DNA from: an uncultured Chloroflexia bacterium | Lineage (GTDB): Bacteria; Chloroflexota; Anaerolineae; JAAYZQ01 | DNA length: 64,000 bases | Reading direction: 5' to 3' | Assembly: GCA_963700285.1 (NCBI GenBank) | Contig: CAVOXA010000010.1 | Location: forward strand, 896,001 to 960,000 | Shown here: positions 1 to 10,031 of the stretch, piece after piece | How the letters are laid out: each line of letters starts with the position of its first letter | Numbering within the stretch: the first letter of the stretch is position 1 | Program-made: the position numbers and the translations under genes | The notes under the pieces: generated by a model | What the model saw: only the letters and a program-made list of their open reading frames with translations | Databases searched by the model: none | Told to the model about the DNA's origin: nothing

Positions 1-408
1 TCTGACCGCATCGGCGGTGGCCCAGGCCAGGCCACCCAGATTGCCCCGGCTGGCCATGCTACGGATAAAAATGCCCCGATCGCCAGCCAGATCCCTCATG
101 CGAATTCGGTCGCCCAAGATGGCGCCCCCGGAGAAGGGACTAGTCGGGTCGACGGCAATGACGCCTACCGTCATGGCGGGGGACTCGGCCGAGCCCTGCC
201 GCAAATGCAAGACGAGGGCGTTGACCAGCGTACTCTTGCCGCTACCTGGGGGTCCGGTGACGCCGACGATGTGGGCCCGTCCGGTATGAGGGTGAAGGGC
301 GGCCAGGGTGGCCTGGGCTTCTGGGCCATCGCCCTCGACGAGACTGATGGCCCGCGCTATCGCGCGACGGCTCCCGGCCAGAACCAGTTCTGCAAGCTGC
401 TCGGTCAC
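1..408 (-). CDS. meaB: Methylmalonyl-CoA mutase-associated GTPase MeaB/ArgK (5' part; runs off the window edge)
   Basis: Not in the ORF track; translated by hand from GTG 408, which overlaps the TGA of the upstream gene: [25 protein letters not shown]...[14 protein letters not shown]...[22 protein letters not shown]...[15 protein letters not shown]. This shows Walker A and MeaB signatures. Confidence 0.93.
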   Translation of the reverse strand, partial: MTEQLAELVLAGSRRAIARAISLVEGDGPEAQATLAALHPHTGRAHIVGVTGPPGSGKSTLVNALVLHLRQGSAESPAMTVGVIAVDPTSPFSGGAILGDRIRMRDLAGDRGIFIRSMASRGNLGGLAWATADAVR

Positions 409-800
409 GCGACGTTCTCGTGGATGAACTTGACGATTTCATCTGTGGGGGTACCGGGTCCAAAAACACCATGGATGCCCATCTCGTATAGGCTTGGTAC
501 ATCCTCGTCGGGAATGATGCCACCGGCCAGGACCAGCACGTCCTCCATATCGTTCTCGCGTAGCAACTCCATCATCCGGGGGAAAAGGGCCATGTGGGCG
601 CCTGACAAGATCGACATGCCTACCACGTCTACGTCCTCTTGAAGCGCTGCCTCAGCGATCATCTCTGGTGTCTGGCGGATGCCGGTGTAGATTACTTCCA
701 TGCCCGCATCGCGCAACGCCCGAGCAATAACTTTGGCTCCCCGATCGTGACCGTCCAGGCCCGGCTTGGCAACCAATACGCGTATTCTCCTGTCTGTCAT
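405..800 (-). CDS. Acyl-CoA mutase small subunit, cobalamin-binding domain
   Basis: DxHxxG base-off/His-on motif ([12 protein letters not shown]), SILSGAH, GGIIP, FGPGT; 131 aa. Confidence 0.95.
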   Translation of the reverse strand: MTDRRIRVLVAKPGLDGHDRGAKVIARALRDAGMEVIYTGIRQTPEMIAEAALQEDVDVVGMSILSGAHMALFPRMMELLRENDMEDVLVLAGGIIPDEDVPSLYEMGIHGVFGPGTPTDEIVKFIHENVA

Positions 801-869
801 CTATGCCTCCAACAGTGGGGTACGGCGCAGCACGCAATGCACATTTCGCAGTGTCCAATACCCAGCAGC

Positions 870-2549
870 TCAAACGATCGCCGGTTCCCGATATTCGCCA
901 AATACCTTACGCAAGACGCCCATAATCTCTCCCAGGGTCGCGTAGGCTCGCACGCAATCCAGGATACGGGGCATGGTATTTTCGGTGCCCTCGGCTGTAC
1001 CTTGTAGGGCCTTTAGGGTCACGCCGACCTTTTCGTTGTCCCGCTCGCGCCTCACCTGTTCCAGACGCGTTACCTGTCGCTCGTACCCTTCTGGATCCAA
1101 CTTTAGCAACGGAATCCGGATCGGATCTTCCTCCAAATGCTCGTTGATGCCCACGACGACACGCTGCCGGCTGTCGATCGCCATTTGATACCGGTAGGCC
1201 GCCTCGGCAATCTCGCGCTGGAAAAACCCCTTCTCGATAGAGAGAAGGACGCCGCCCAGTGTCTCGATCTTGTGGAAATAGTCGTAGGCCTCTTTTTCCA
1301 AACGATTGGTCTGGGCCTCGACAAAGTAAGATCCGGCCAGCGGGTCTACCGTGTTGGCCGCGCCACTTTCATGGGCAATGAGCTGTTGGGTACGTAGTGC
1401 AACCTTCACTGCGTATTCGCTGGGCAGAGCCAAGGCTTCGTCCATGCTGTTGGTGTGCAGAGACTGCGTACCACCCAGCACCGCGGCCAGCGCCTGCCAC
1501 GCCGTGCGGACGACGTTGTTCTCCGGCTGCTGGGCCGTCAGGCTGCTGCCCGCTGTCTGGGTGTGGAAGCGTAGAAGCCAGCTTCGGGGATCTTTTGCTC
1601 CAAAGGTTTCCCGCATCTCCCGGGCCCAAATGCGCCGGGCTGCACGGAACTTGCAGATTTCCTCAAAGAAATCATTGTGTGCGTTGAAAAAGAAGGACAG
1701 CCGGGGGGCAAAGTCGTCCACATCCAGCCCCCGAGCGATGCCCCAGCGCACGTACTCTAACCCGTTGGCTAGAGTAAAGGCCAGCTCCTGAGCCGCCGTG
1801 GCGCCAGCCTCGCGGATGTGGTAGCCACTGATGCTGATGGTGTTCCATCGGGGCAGGTACTTGCCGCCAAACTCGAAGGTATCGACCACCAGTCGCATCG
1901 AGGGTTGGGGCGGGAAGATATACTCTTTCTGGGCGGTATACTCCTTCAGGATATCATTTTGGATGGTTCCGCCCAGCACATCCAAGGGAATGCCTCGCTT
2001 CTCGGCCATGGCCAAGTACATAGCCCAGATCACGGCTGCCGGGCTGTTAATCGTCATCGAGGTAGTGACCTCGTCCACGGGGATGCCGTCGAACAAGACC
2101 TCCATGTCAGCCAGGCTGGATACAGCCACGCCGCATTTTCCAAACTCGCCTAATGCTGCAGGATCGTCGGAATCGTAGCCATAGAGGGTAGGCATATCAA
2201 ACGCTACCGACAAGCCGGTCTCGCCCTGATCGAGCAGATATCTGTAGCGGGCGTTGGTCTCCTCAGCAGTACCAAAGCCGGCAAACATGCGCATGGTCCA
2301 CAGCCTGCCGCGGTGCATGGTCGAATGTATCCCTCTGGTGAAGGGGTACTCGCCTGGAAAGCCTAGATCCCGCGCATAGTCCAGGTCAGCAACGTCCAAC
2401 GGGGTATAGAGACGCTCTACCGGCGCGCCTGAGGTGGTCGTGAACTCGTCACGTCGCTCCCGGTGGCGGGCCAGAGTGCTCTGAAGCGTGGTCTCTTTCC
2501 ATTTGTCCTGGCGTTTTTGCAGACCTCTCAGCGTCTCTTGATCAAACAT
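870..2549 (-). CDS. Acyl-CoA mutase large subunit, isobutyryl-CoA mutase-like (IcmA-type Phe/Gln signature)
   Basis: [61 protein letters not shown]; no B12 domain; start reassigned to ATG 2549 (MFDQETL). Confidence 0.9.
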   Translation of the reverse strand: MFDQETLRGLQKRQDKWKETTLQSTLARHRERRDEFTTTSGAPVERLYTPLDVADLDYARDLGFPGEYPFTRGIHSTMHRGRLWTMRMFAGFGTAEETNARYRYLLDQGETGLSVAFDMPTLYGYDSDDPAALGEFGKCGVAVSSLADMEVLFDGIPVDEVTTSMTINSPAAVIWAMYLAMAEKRGIPLDVLGGTIQNDILKEYTAQKEYIFPPQPSMRLVVDTFEFGGKYLPRWNTISISGYHIREAGATAAQELAFTLANGLEYVRWGIARGLDVDDFAPRLSFFFNAHNDFFEEICKFRAARRIWAREMRETFGAKDPRSWLLRFHTQTAGSSLTAQQPENNVVRTAWQALAAVLGGTQSLHTNSMDEALALPSEYAVKVALRTQQLIAHESGAANTVDPLAGSYFVEAQTNRLEKEAYDYFHKIETLGGVLLSIEKGFFQREIAEAAYRYQMAIDSRQRVVVGINEHLEEDPIRIPLLKLDPEGYERQVTRLEQVRRERDNEKVGVTLKALQGTAEGTENTMPRILDCVRAYATLGEIMGVLRKVFGEYREPAIV

Positions 2550-2573
2550 GGCTGCCTCGCTTTCTACCACTCC

Positions 2574-2582
2574 ATTATACCA
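2574..2582 (-). promoter_or_regulatory. Extended -10 promoter (TGGTATAAT) inside the mutase cluster
   Basis: Minus strand GTGGTATAATGG about 25 nt upstream of ATG 2549. Confidence 0.55.
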
Positions 2583-2628
2583 CATGATGGAGAACCGTGG
2601 ACAGCGAGTTTTCGCATAGTAGCGTTTG

Positions 2629-3024
2629 CTACCCTTCGTGCTCAATCAACTCGATCAGGACACCGTGTGCTCCCTTGGGGTGGATGAAAGCAACGAGACC
2701 GTGCGCGCCCTGGCGAGGTACCTCGTCGATGAGCTGTATGCCCTGCTCCTTCAGTTGGGTAAGAGATGCTTCAATGTCCGCTACTTCAATGGAAATATGA
2801 TGGATGCCTTCGCCCCGCTTTTCCAGGAACTTGGCGATGCCGGTATCGTCTGTCGTGGGTTGTACCAGTTCTATGTTGCTCTCGCCGATGGGCAAAAATG
2901 CGACGTTGACCTTCTGGTCTGGGACAGACACGATATCACTCAGAGGCAAGCCAAGCGCGGTTTCGTATACCTGCAGTGCTTCTTGGATGTCGCACACAAC
3001 GATCCCTATATGGTCGATTCTCAT
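2629..3024 (-). CDS. mce: Methylmalonyl-CoA epimerase
   Basis: VOC fold: [39 protein letters not shown]; ATG 3024 preceded by GGAGG. Confidence 0.92.
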   Translation of the reverse strand: MRIDHIGIVVCDIQEALQVYETALGLPLSDIVSVPDQKVNVAFLPIGESNIELVQPTTDDTGIAKFLEKRGEGIHHISIEVADIEASLTQLKEQGIQLIDEVPRQGAHGLVAFIHPKGAHGVLIELIEHEG

Positions 3025-3124
3025 GGTCCTCCCAGTCATCATTGCAGCGGATGGAAGCGGATATGCGTCAAGGGCCGCGCAAATCCTGCATCCGGTTGGC
3101 TGTTGGCAACTCGTTGCCCCAGAA

Positions 3125-3556
3125 CTAGTACGTCCGATCCCATTCAGCTTCCACCTGTTTGTGCCGAACTTTCTCGGGCAGGGGAGACGGGGGTGGCGTC
3201 TCCATCCAGGGAAAAGGCTGCGGGATAGACGAGGGTTCTGGAGGGACCGACCGCCGGCCCCATTCGGGTTGCTCCTTCCCATCCGCGCCGGCAGCTGGTT
3301 GGACCAGGCCAGTCAACTCTACGAGAAGAGGAAAATCTGGATTCACACGATAGAATACACGATTTCCCCTGGCCGAACGCAGCAGTAGATCCATCTCGAC
3401 CAGGCGCGCGACCTCGCGCTGCACAGCTCGAATGGGCTGGCCTGTCCTACGCTCGATCTGGCGCTGATAGAATGATTGTGCAGGATTTGGCAGGAACAGG
3501 CGTAGTATCTGGACCCTTGCTACAGAAGAAAACAGCACCTCCAAGCTATTTTTCAT
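3125..3556 (-). CDS. Winged helix-turn-helix protein (putative regulator)
   Basis: LFSSVARVQILRLF...FYQRQIERRTG...AVQREVARL...GNRVFYRVN is an ArsR-like wHTH pattern; Pro-rich tail. Confidence 0.65.
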   Translation of the reverse strand: MKNSLEVLFSSVARVQILRLFLPNPAQSFYQRQIERRTGQPIRAVQREVARLVEMDLLLRSARGNRVFYRVNPDFPLLVELTGLVQPAAGADGKEQPEWGRRSVPPEPSSIPQPFPWMETPPPSPLPEKVRHKQVEAEWDRTY

Positions 3557-3628
3557 GGTTCCACCCCTCTCACCGATTGGCTTGGTTGCCCTCGGGGCCA
3601 GCTTCAGCGTGCCTTCAAAGCCGTGGTA

Positions 3629-5308
3629 CTAGAAGGAGGTAAATGCTTGGTACTCTCCAAATACTTTGCGCAGTACGTTACAGGTCTCACCTAGGGTTGC
3701 ATAGGCTTCAACAGCATCCAAGACAAGGGGCATCAGATTCTGATCCCCTTGGGCGCCGGCCTCCAGGCGAGAGAGCGCTATCGCTACCGCATCTCCATTC
3801 CTTTGCGCTCGCAGAATCTCCAGCCGGGCGGCCTGGCGCTGACCGACGACCGGATCGACCTTCAGTAGTTCGAGTCCAACCCCTCCCCGGGAGGTTCCAT
3901 TCTCCTCTGCCTGGAAGCGATTGACGCCGACGACGATATTGGCCGATTGCTCGACGGCCAACTGCCACTGGTAGGCGCTTTCCTGGATTTCGCGCTGCAC
4001 GTAGCCCTGTTCGATGGCCCTCAGCGCACCGCCAGCGCCATCGATCTTGTTGATATAGGCTAAGGCACGTTCTTCAATCTCATTCGTCCAGGCTTCGATC
4101 AAATAGCTGCCGGCGAGAGGATCGACAGAATCGGCTACGCCACTTTCGTGGGCGATGATCTGCTGAGTTCGCAGGGCGATCTGTACCGCATCCTCGGTAG
4201 GTAGACTGAGCGCTTCATCGCGAGAGTTGGTATGCAGGCTCTGGGTACCGCCAAGCACAGCAGCCAGTGCCTGGAGCGCGACGCGGACGACATTGTTCTC
4301 TGGTTGTTGGGCCGTAAGCATCGACCCTGCTGTCTGTGTGTGAAAGCGGAGCCGCCACGATCGCGGGTCTCGGGCGCCAAACCGCTCGCGCATGATCCGC
4401 GCCCAAAGCCGCCGAGCGGCCCGAAACTTGGCCACTTCTTCCAGAAGGTTGTTGTGGGCATTGAAAAAGAAGGACAATCGCGGCGCAAAATCATCTACGG
4501 CCAACCCCGCATCGATGGCCGATTGTACGTAGGTGATGGCATTCGCCAGGGTAAAGGCCACCTCCTGAACCGCGGTGCTGCCAGCCTCGCGAATGTGGTA
4601 GCCGCTAATGCTTATGGTGTTCCACAAGGGGACCTGTTCGTGGCAGTAGCGAAAGAGATCGGTGATGAGCCGCATTGAGGGGCCCGGAGGGTAGATGTAG
4701 GTTCCCCGGGCAACATACTCTTTCAGAATATCATTTTGAACGGTACCCCGCAGTTTCCTCGGATCCACGCCCTGTTTCTTGGCCACGGCGATGTACATCG
4801 CCAACAACACGGTGGCGGGAGCATTGATGGTCATGGATGTGGAAACTCTAGCCAGTGGGATGCCATCGAACAACCTCTCCATATCCTCCAGTGAAGATAT
4901 GGCCACTCCGACTTTGCCTACTTCACCGGTCGCGATGGGATCATCCGAATCGTAGCCGATCTGGGTGGGCAGATCGAAGGCAACCGAGAGGCCAGTCTGG
5001 CCCTGATCCAGAAGGTACTTGTAGCGAGCATTGGTTTCCAGGGCGCTGCCAAAGCCGGCGTATTGGCGCATTGTCCAGAAGCGACTGCGATACATCGTGG
5101 GCTGGATCCCGCGGCTGAACGGATACTCACCTGGAAAGCCCAAGTCGTGCAGGTAGGCGCCATCTACATCATCAGGCGTGTAGATCCGCTCCACCGGAAT
5201 TCCCGATTCAGTCTTGAACTCGGGTTGTCGTTCTGGGAAACGCCGGAGCGTATCGTCCAACGTAGTTGCTTCCCACGCTAGCTTGTGTTGATCAAGTGTC
5301 TCCACCAT
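3629..5308 (-). CDS. Methylmalonyl-CoA mutase large subunit (canonical Tyr/Arg signature)
   Basis: [53 protein letters not shown]. Confidence 0.93.
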   Translation of the reverse strand: MVETLDQHKLAWEATTLDDTLRRFPERQPEFKTESGIPVERIYTPDDVDGAYLHDLGFPGEYPFSRGIQPTMYRSRFWTMRQYAGFGSALETNARYKYLLDQGQTGLSVAFDLPTQIGYDSDDPIATGEVGKVGVAISSLEDMERLFDGIPLARVSTSMTINAPATVLLAMYIAVAKKQGVDPRKLRGTVQNDILKEYVARGTYIYPPGPSMRLITDLFRYCHEQVPLWNTISISGYHIREAGSTAVQEVAFTLANAITYVQSAIDAGLAVDDFAPRLSFFFNAHNNLLEEVAKFRAARRLWARIMRERFGARDPRSWRLRFHTQTAGSMLTAQQPENNVVRVALQALAAVLGGTQSLHTNSRDEALSLPTEDAVQIALRTQQIIAHESGVADSVDPLAGSYLIEAWTNEIEERALAYINKIDGAGGALRAIEQGYVQREIQESAYQWQLAVEQSANIVVGVNRFQAEENGTSRGGVGLELLKVDPVVGQRQAARLEILRAQRNGDAVAIALSRLEAGAQGDQNLMPLVLDAVEAYATLGETCNVLRKVFGEYQAFTSF

Positions 5309-5317
5309 TCCGGGCTC

Positions 5318-5785
5318 CTATTCGATCTCGAGCAGCACAGCCCCCGTCTCTACGTCCTGGCCCGGCTGGACATAAAGTTCTCTGACCGTGCCTGCCTTTG
5401 GTGCTTTCAGTTCGTTCTCCATTTTCATCGCTTCCAGGATACAGACTACATCTCCTTCGGCCACTCCCTCGCCTTCAGCTACGAGTACGCGGATGACTTT
5501 GCCGGGCATGATGGCTGTCACGGCCCCTGCGCTGGCAGTCGCAGTAGTAGTGAGCCTAGAGCCGGTGGGTTCCTCCTCCAAGCCCTTGACCTCCAGAGCA
5601 TAGGCAATGCCGCCGACAATTGCTCTGTCCCCCTCCAGCGTCACCTCGTAGGCGATATCATCTACGAGTACCCGATCGCCATCAAAGCCAGCTACAAATG
5701 GCTGGCCGTTGACCAAGATTGAATTCCCATCCACGACGATCTTGTACGTTGTGCCATCCATTGTCAAGGAGAATTCTTGCTTCAT
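5318..5785 (-). CDS. Biotin carboxyl carrier protein (1.3S-like)
   Basis: ILEAMKMENE biotinylation motif, MPGKV; ATG 5785 with AGGAGG, overlapping the stop of the upstream gene. Confidence 0.92.
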   Translation of the reverse strand: MKQEFSLTMDGTTYKIVVDGNSILVNGQPFVAGFDGDRVLVDDIAYEVTLEGDRAIVGGIAYALEVKGLEEEPTGSRLTTTATASAGAVTAIMPGKVIRVLVAEGEGVAEGDVVCILEAMKMENELKAPKAGTVRELYVQPGQDVETGAVLLEIE

Positions 5786-7302
5786 GACGAACCTCCTGCG
5801 CCTGTGATCAGGCTTCCCCATCGTCCGCGTTGCGGTCGCCATGCCATTTTCCAGGGAGACATGGAGGTGCCAGTTTTTTCGATGGGTGCTGCAGGCCTGG
5901 GCTTATGCTGCCGGATCACGAGAGCGGCCACGGCTGCCACCAGCGCCTCCTTGGCCCCACCGCCATCCCTTCTCCGCTCCAGGAAGGGGCGCGCCACCTG
6001 GGGAAAGATGGCGTAACCGATCACGTCTTCCTCACTCTGGGCCAGATCGCCAATCTCGGCGCGGGCCTGCTCCATGCCTGGCGGGATCAGATCTGCGGGG
6101 CGGCCGTCAATAGGCTCCTCGTCGCCAATGGCCTTGCGCCGCAGTTCGGGATCGATGGCAGCCGGAGGCCGGCCATAGTAGCCTCGCACATAGTTCTTGA
6201 CCTCGGCTGGGATGACTTTGTAGCGCTCGCCCAGTATCACGTTCAAGGTTGCCTGCGTGCCCACGATCTGGCTGCTGGGCGTAACCAGAGGCGGAAAGCC
6301 CAACTCCGCTCGGACACGGGGCACCTCCTCCAAAACCTCAGCATAGCGGTCCTCTGCACCCTGCTCCCGGAGTTGAGACATCAGGTTGGACAGCATTCCA
6401 CCCGGGATCTGAAACTGCAGTACGCGCACATCCACACCCTTCATACCACTCTCAAAGGCAGAGTACTTTTTGCGCACCTCGGCAAAATAGTTGCTGGCCT
6501 CAGCCAGCAAGTTCAAGTCCAGTCCCGTGTCGCGGGGCGATTCTTGCAGGATGCGCACCAACGTCTCGGTAGGAGGCTGAGAAGTGACCATGGCCAGGGA
6601 GGAAATGGCCGTGTCAACAATGTCCACACCAGCCTCCACCGCTTTGAGTACCGAGGCCATAGCCATGCCACTGGTATAGTGCGTATGAAGCTGGATCGGC
6701 GCCTTGATCTCGGCCTTGAGACGCCCCACCAGTTCGTAGGCCACGTAGGGGGACAGCAAGCCGGCCATGTCTTTGACACAGATGGTATCCGCCCCCATCT
6801 CCTCCAGAACGTGGGCCATGTCTACAAAAGTGTCCACATTGTGTACCGGGCTGATGGTGTAGCAGATGGTCCCCTGGGCGTGAGCCCCCTCCCGTTTCAC
6901 CACCTCCATGGCCCGGCGCATGTTGCGTACGTCGTTCAAAGCGTCAAAGATGCGAAACACGTGGATGCCGTTTTCATGGGATTTGACGATAAAACGATCC
7001 AGAACGTCGTCTGGATAGTGTTTGTAGCCGATCACATTCTGCCCCCGCAGGAGCATCTGGAAGGGAGTGTTGGGCATCTTGGCCTTGAGCTTGCGGATCC
7101 GTTCCCATGGGTCTTCGTTGAGAAAACGCATAGCTGAATCAAAGGTCGCGCCGCCCCACATTTCCACCGACCAGTAGCCCACCTGGTCCAGTTTCCCGGC
7201 AATAGGCAACATGTCGTCGGTGCGCATTCGTGTGGCCAGCAAGCTCTGATGTGCATCCCGCAAGATTGTGTCACAGATTTGAACGGGCTTGTTCTCCATC
7301 AA
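5782..7302 (-). CDS. Pyruvate/oxaloacetate carboxyltransferase (transcarboxylase 5S / PycB / OadA-type)
   Basis: LRDAHQSLLATRM, WGGATFD, QMLLRGQN, KDMAG, HTH metal motif, IPGGMLSNL, PPLVTPSSQIVG; no fused biotin domain. Confidence 0.9.
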   Translation of the reverse strand: MMENKPVQICDTILRDAHQSLLATRMRTDDMLPIAGKLDQVGYWSVEMWGGATFDSAMRFLNEDPWERIRKLKAKMPNTPFQMLLRGQNVIGYKHYPDDVLDRFIVKSHENGIHVFRIFDALNDVRNMRRAMEVVKREGAHAQGTICYTISPVHNVDTFVDMAHVLEEMGADTICVKDMAGLLSPYVAYELVGRLKAEIKAPIQLHTHYTSGMAMASVLKAVEAGVDIVDTAISSLAMVTSQPPTETLVRILQESPRDTGLDLNLLAEASNYFAEVRKKYSAFESGMKGVDVRVLQFQIPGGMLSNLMSQLREQGAEDRYAEVLEEVPRVRAELGFPPLVTPSSQIVGTQATLNVILGERYKVIPAEVKNYVRGYYGRPPAAIDPELRRKAIGDEEPIDGRPADLIPPGMEQARAEIGDLAQSEEDVIGYAIFPQVARPFLERRRDGGGAKEALVAAVAALVIRQHKPRPAAPIEKTGTSMSPWKMAWRPQRGRWGSLITGAGGSS

Positions 7303-7342
7303 GACATTCTCCTATTCTGCAGATCGGCCCAACTCTTGCGTG

Positions 7343-8893
7343 TCATAGCGGAATGTTACCATGCTTCTTGGGCGGATTTGTGTCCCGCTTGTTTTGGAGC
7401 ATCTGTAGGGCTTCGATCAGGCGCGGGCGGGTTTCTTGCGGCTCGATCACGTCGTCGATGTAGCCCCGCGACGCGGCCACGTAGGGATTGGCAAACGTGT
7501 CCCGGTACTCCTGTACCAACCGTGCCTGTTCCGCTTCTGGATCTTCTGCTTCGGCAATCTGCTTGCGGAAGATGATATTCACTGCTCCCTCGGGCCCCAT
7601 GACCGCGATTTCGGCCGAGGGCCATGCGTAGCTGATATCTCCCCGAATATGTTTGGAACTCATCACGTCGTAGGCGCCGCCATAGGCCTTGCGGGTGATG
7701 ATTGTGATCTTGGGCACCGTTGCCTCACAGTAGGCGTACAGCAGCTTGGCCCCGTTGCGGATGATCCCACCATGTTCCTGGGCAAGGCCGGGCAGGAAGC
7801 CAGGCACATCCTCAAAGGTAATGATTGGGATGTTAAAGCAGTCACAAAAGCGTACAAAACGCCCTGCCTTTGTGCTGGAATCAATATCCAACACGCCAGC
7901 GAGGTTCATCGGTTGTTGGGCCACAATGCCAACCGAAAAGCCCCCTATCCGGGCAAAGCCAATGAGAATATTTCCCGCCCAGTGTTCCTGTACCTCGAAA
8001 AAGTCACCCCCGTCCATGACCCGACGGATTACGTCCTTCATGTCGTAGGGCTTGTTTGGATTCTCAGGCACAATGCTGTTCAGCGCCTCGTCCATCCTGT
8101 CGTCGGGATCGTCGGTCGGCAGGAAGGGAGGATCCTCCATATTGTTCTGGGGTAGAAAGCTCAGCAGCTTGCGGACCAGGTAGAAACTGTCTTCCTCATC
8201 TTCGGCGGCAAAATGGGCCACGCCGCTTTTGGCGTTATGGACCATCGCTCCTCCCAAATCTTCAGAGGTGACGTCCTCCCGTGTGACAGCCTTGATCACC
8301 TCCGGGCCGGTGATGTGCATGAAGCTGGTTTCTTTTACCATCAGAATAAAGTCGGTCATGGCCGGGGAATACACTGCTCCGCCAGCACAGGGGCCCAGGA
8401 TGGCGCTGATCTGGGGCACTACCCCCGATGCCAGTACGTTGCGTAGAAAGACATAGGCGTAGGCAGCCAGGCTGACCACGCCCTCTTGGATACGCGCTCC
8501 ACCCGAGTCATTGAGGCCGATAACCGGCGCTCCGTTCTTAACGGCAAGATCCATGACTTTGCACACCTTCTCAGCATGCACCTCGCCCAATGACCCGCCC
8601 AAGACGGTGAAATCCTGACTAAACACGTAGGTCAGCCGGCCGTTGATTTTTCCCCATCCGGTAATGACGCTATCGCCCAGGAATTGCTGCTCTTCGAGAC
8701 CAAAGCCCACGGTCCGATGGGTCACAAAGGGATCCAGTTCCCGAAATGTTCCAGGGTCCAGCAGCCCTTCGATCCGCTCCCGTGCAGTGAGCTTGCCTTT
8801 GGCATGTTGGCGGTCGATCCGCGCCTGTCCTCCGCCCAACTGAGCCTGCTCCCGAGTCTGCCGGAGCTTTTGGATCTTGGGATCAACTATCAT
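7343..8893 (-). CDS. Acyl-CoA carboxyltransferase beta subunit (methylmalonyl-CoA carboxyltransferase 12S / PccB-type)
   Basis: [64 protein letters not shown]. Confidence 0.93.
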   Translation of the reverse strand: MIVDPKIQKLRQTREQAQLGGGQARIDRQHAKGKLTARERIEGLLDPGTFRELDPFVTHRTVGFGLEEQQFLGDSVITGWGKINGRLTYVFSQDFTVLGGSLGEVHAEKVCKVMDLAVKNGAPVIGLNDSGGARIQEGVVSLAAYAYVFLRNVLASGVVPQISAILGPCAGGAVYSPAMTDFILMVKETSFMHITGPEVIKAVTREDVTSEDLGGAMVHNAKSGVAHFAAEDEEDSFYLVRKLLSFLPQNNMEDPPFLPTDDPDDRMDEALNSIVPENPNKPYDMKDVIRRVMDGGDFFEVQEHWAGNILIGFARIGGFSVGIVAQQPMNLAGVLDIDSSTKAGRFVRFCDCFNIPIITFEDVPGFLPGLAQEHGGIIRNGAKLLYAYCEATVPKITIITRKAYGGAYDVMSSKHIRGDISYAWPSAEIAVMGPEGAVNIIFRKQIAEAEDPEAEQARLVQEYRDTFANPYVAASRGYIDDVIEPQETRPRLIEALQMLQNKRDTNPPKKHGNIPL

Positions 8894-9002
8894 TGGTTGC
8901 CTCCTCTAGGGTTTCCGTGTTGTCGCGCAATATAGAACACCCAATTGCCGATTCGGTTCTCACCAGATTCAGTCTGGCGTGAACGTTGGGCTGGCGCAGT
9001 AC

Positions 9003-9031
9003 AAAGAAATCGGGGCGTGTCGCCACCCCCG
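9003..9031 (-). terminator. Probable intrinsic terminator after tpiA
   Basis: Minus strand GGGGTG-GCGA-CACGCCCC hairpin followed by GATTTCTTT. Confidence 0.4.
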
Positions 9032-9084
9032 GTGTCAGCATTGGGTCAGTGCGGTCTATTGATGGTCGGTGTTGTGTACCATCC

Positions 9085-9858
9085 TCACGCTGTCTGTGAG
9101 GATGCCTCTGCCGCGATCCGGACCAGTTCCACGAAATCCGGCTTGAGGCTGGCGCCGCCCACAAGCGCGCCATCGATGTCCGGGTGACTCATGAACTCGG
9201 CCACGTTGCTCGGTTTGACACTGCCACCGTACTGCACCCGCACGGCTTGTGCGGTGGCTTCATCATAGAGTTCGGCAACGGTTCCACGGATGTTCAGGCC
9301 GATGACGGCCCCAGCGCCAGCCGGCGTGGCGGCTTTCCCTGTACCAATGGCCCATACAGGTTCGTAGGCGATTACCAGTCCAGCTACTTGCCCGGTGGCA
9401 AGGCCTGCGAGACAGCCGCGCACCTGCCCGCTCACTACCGTCTCAGTCTCGCCAGCATCGTACTGGGCTTCGGTTTCCCCGACGCAAACGATGGGCTTCA
9501 GACCTTGTGCAAGAGCGGCCTTGATTTTGCGGTTCACGCCTTCGTCGGTCTCACCAAAGTAGGCACGCCGCTCCGAGTGGCCCAGGATCACGTATTGGCA
9601 CAACTCCTTGAGCATTGCCGGGGCGATTTCACCTGTATAGGCGCCCTCCTCCTCCCAGTACATATTCTGAGCCCCGACCTCGATCTCTGTGGCGGACAGC
9701 AATTCCCCCACGGCCGCCAGGGCCGTGTAGGGAGGACAAAGAACTCGATCTACGGTCCTGATCTCATTCAGTCCCCGCCTGATGCTCCGCACAAAATCGG
9801 TCGCCTCGGCGATGGTCAGGTTCATTTTCCAGTTTCCAGCCAGAATCGGTCGTCGCAT
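9085..9858 (-). CDS. tpiA: Triosephosphate isomerase
   Basis: AGNWKMN, GHSERR, AYEPVWAIGTG, YGGSV, LVGGASL. Confidence 0.98.
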   Translation of the reverse strand: MRRPILAGNWKMNLTIAEATDFVRSIRRGLNEIRTVDRVLCPPYTALAAVGELLSATEIEVGAQNMYWEEEGAYTGEIAPAMLKELCQYVILGHSERRAYFGETDEGVNRKIKAALAQGLKPIVCVGETEAQYDAGETETVVSGQVRGCLAGLATGQVAGLVIAYEPVWAIGTGKAATPAGAGAVIGLNIRGTVAELYDEATAQAVRVQYGGSVKPSNVAEFMSHPDIDGALVGGASLKPDFVELVRIAAEASSQTA

Positions 9859-10031
9859 GTTTTCACCTCACACTATGATAGCGCGCAACTGAGCCGCGCG
9901 GCAGATTATACTTCAGAACGCTCGAGCTGTCACATCCTTGAGAGCCCATGCAGGTGGTATAGCGGTGGATGGCGCAGCAGAGTTGTCCAGGATCCTCTGG
10001 GAGGTTGGCAGCTTGGTGCCAAAAGAGTACT

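Noticed and set aside
5830-7137. 435-aa plus-strand ORF (also 57445..59232, 55425..56825, 44035..45270, 9184..10269)
   Set aside because: Antisense shadows of well-supported genes in GC-rich DNA; no motifs of their own.
8894-9085. Cobalamin riboswitch upstream of the mutase cluster
   Set aside because: No B12-box (GGGAA...GCCACTG) recognisable.
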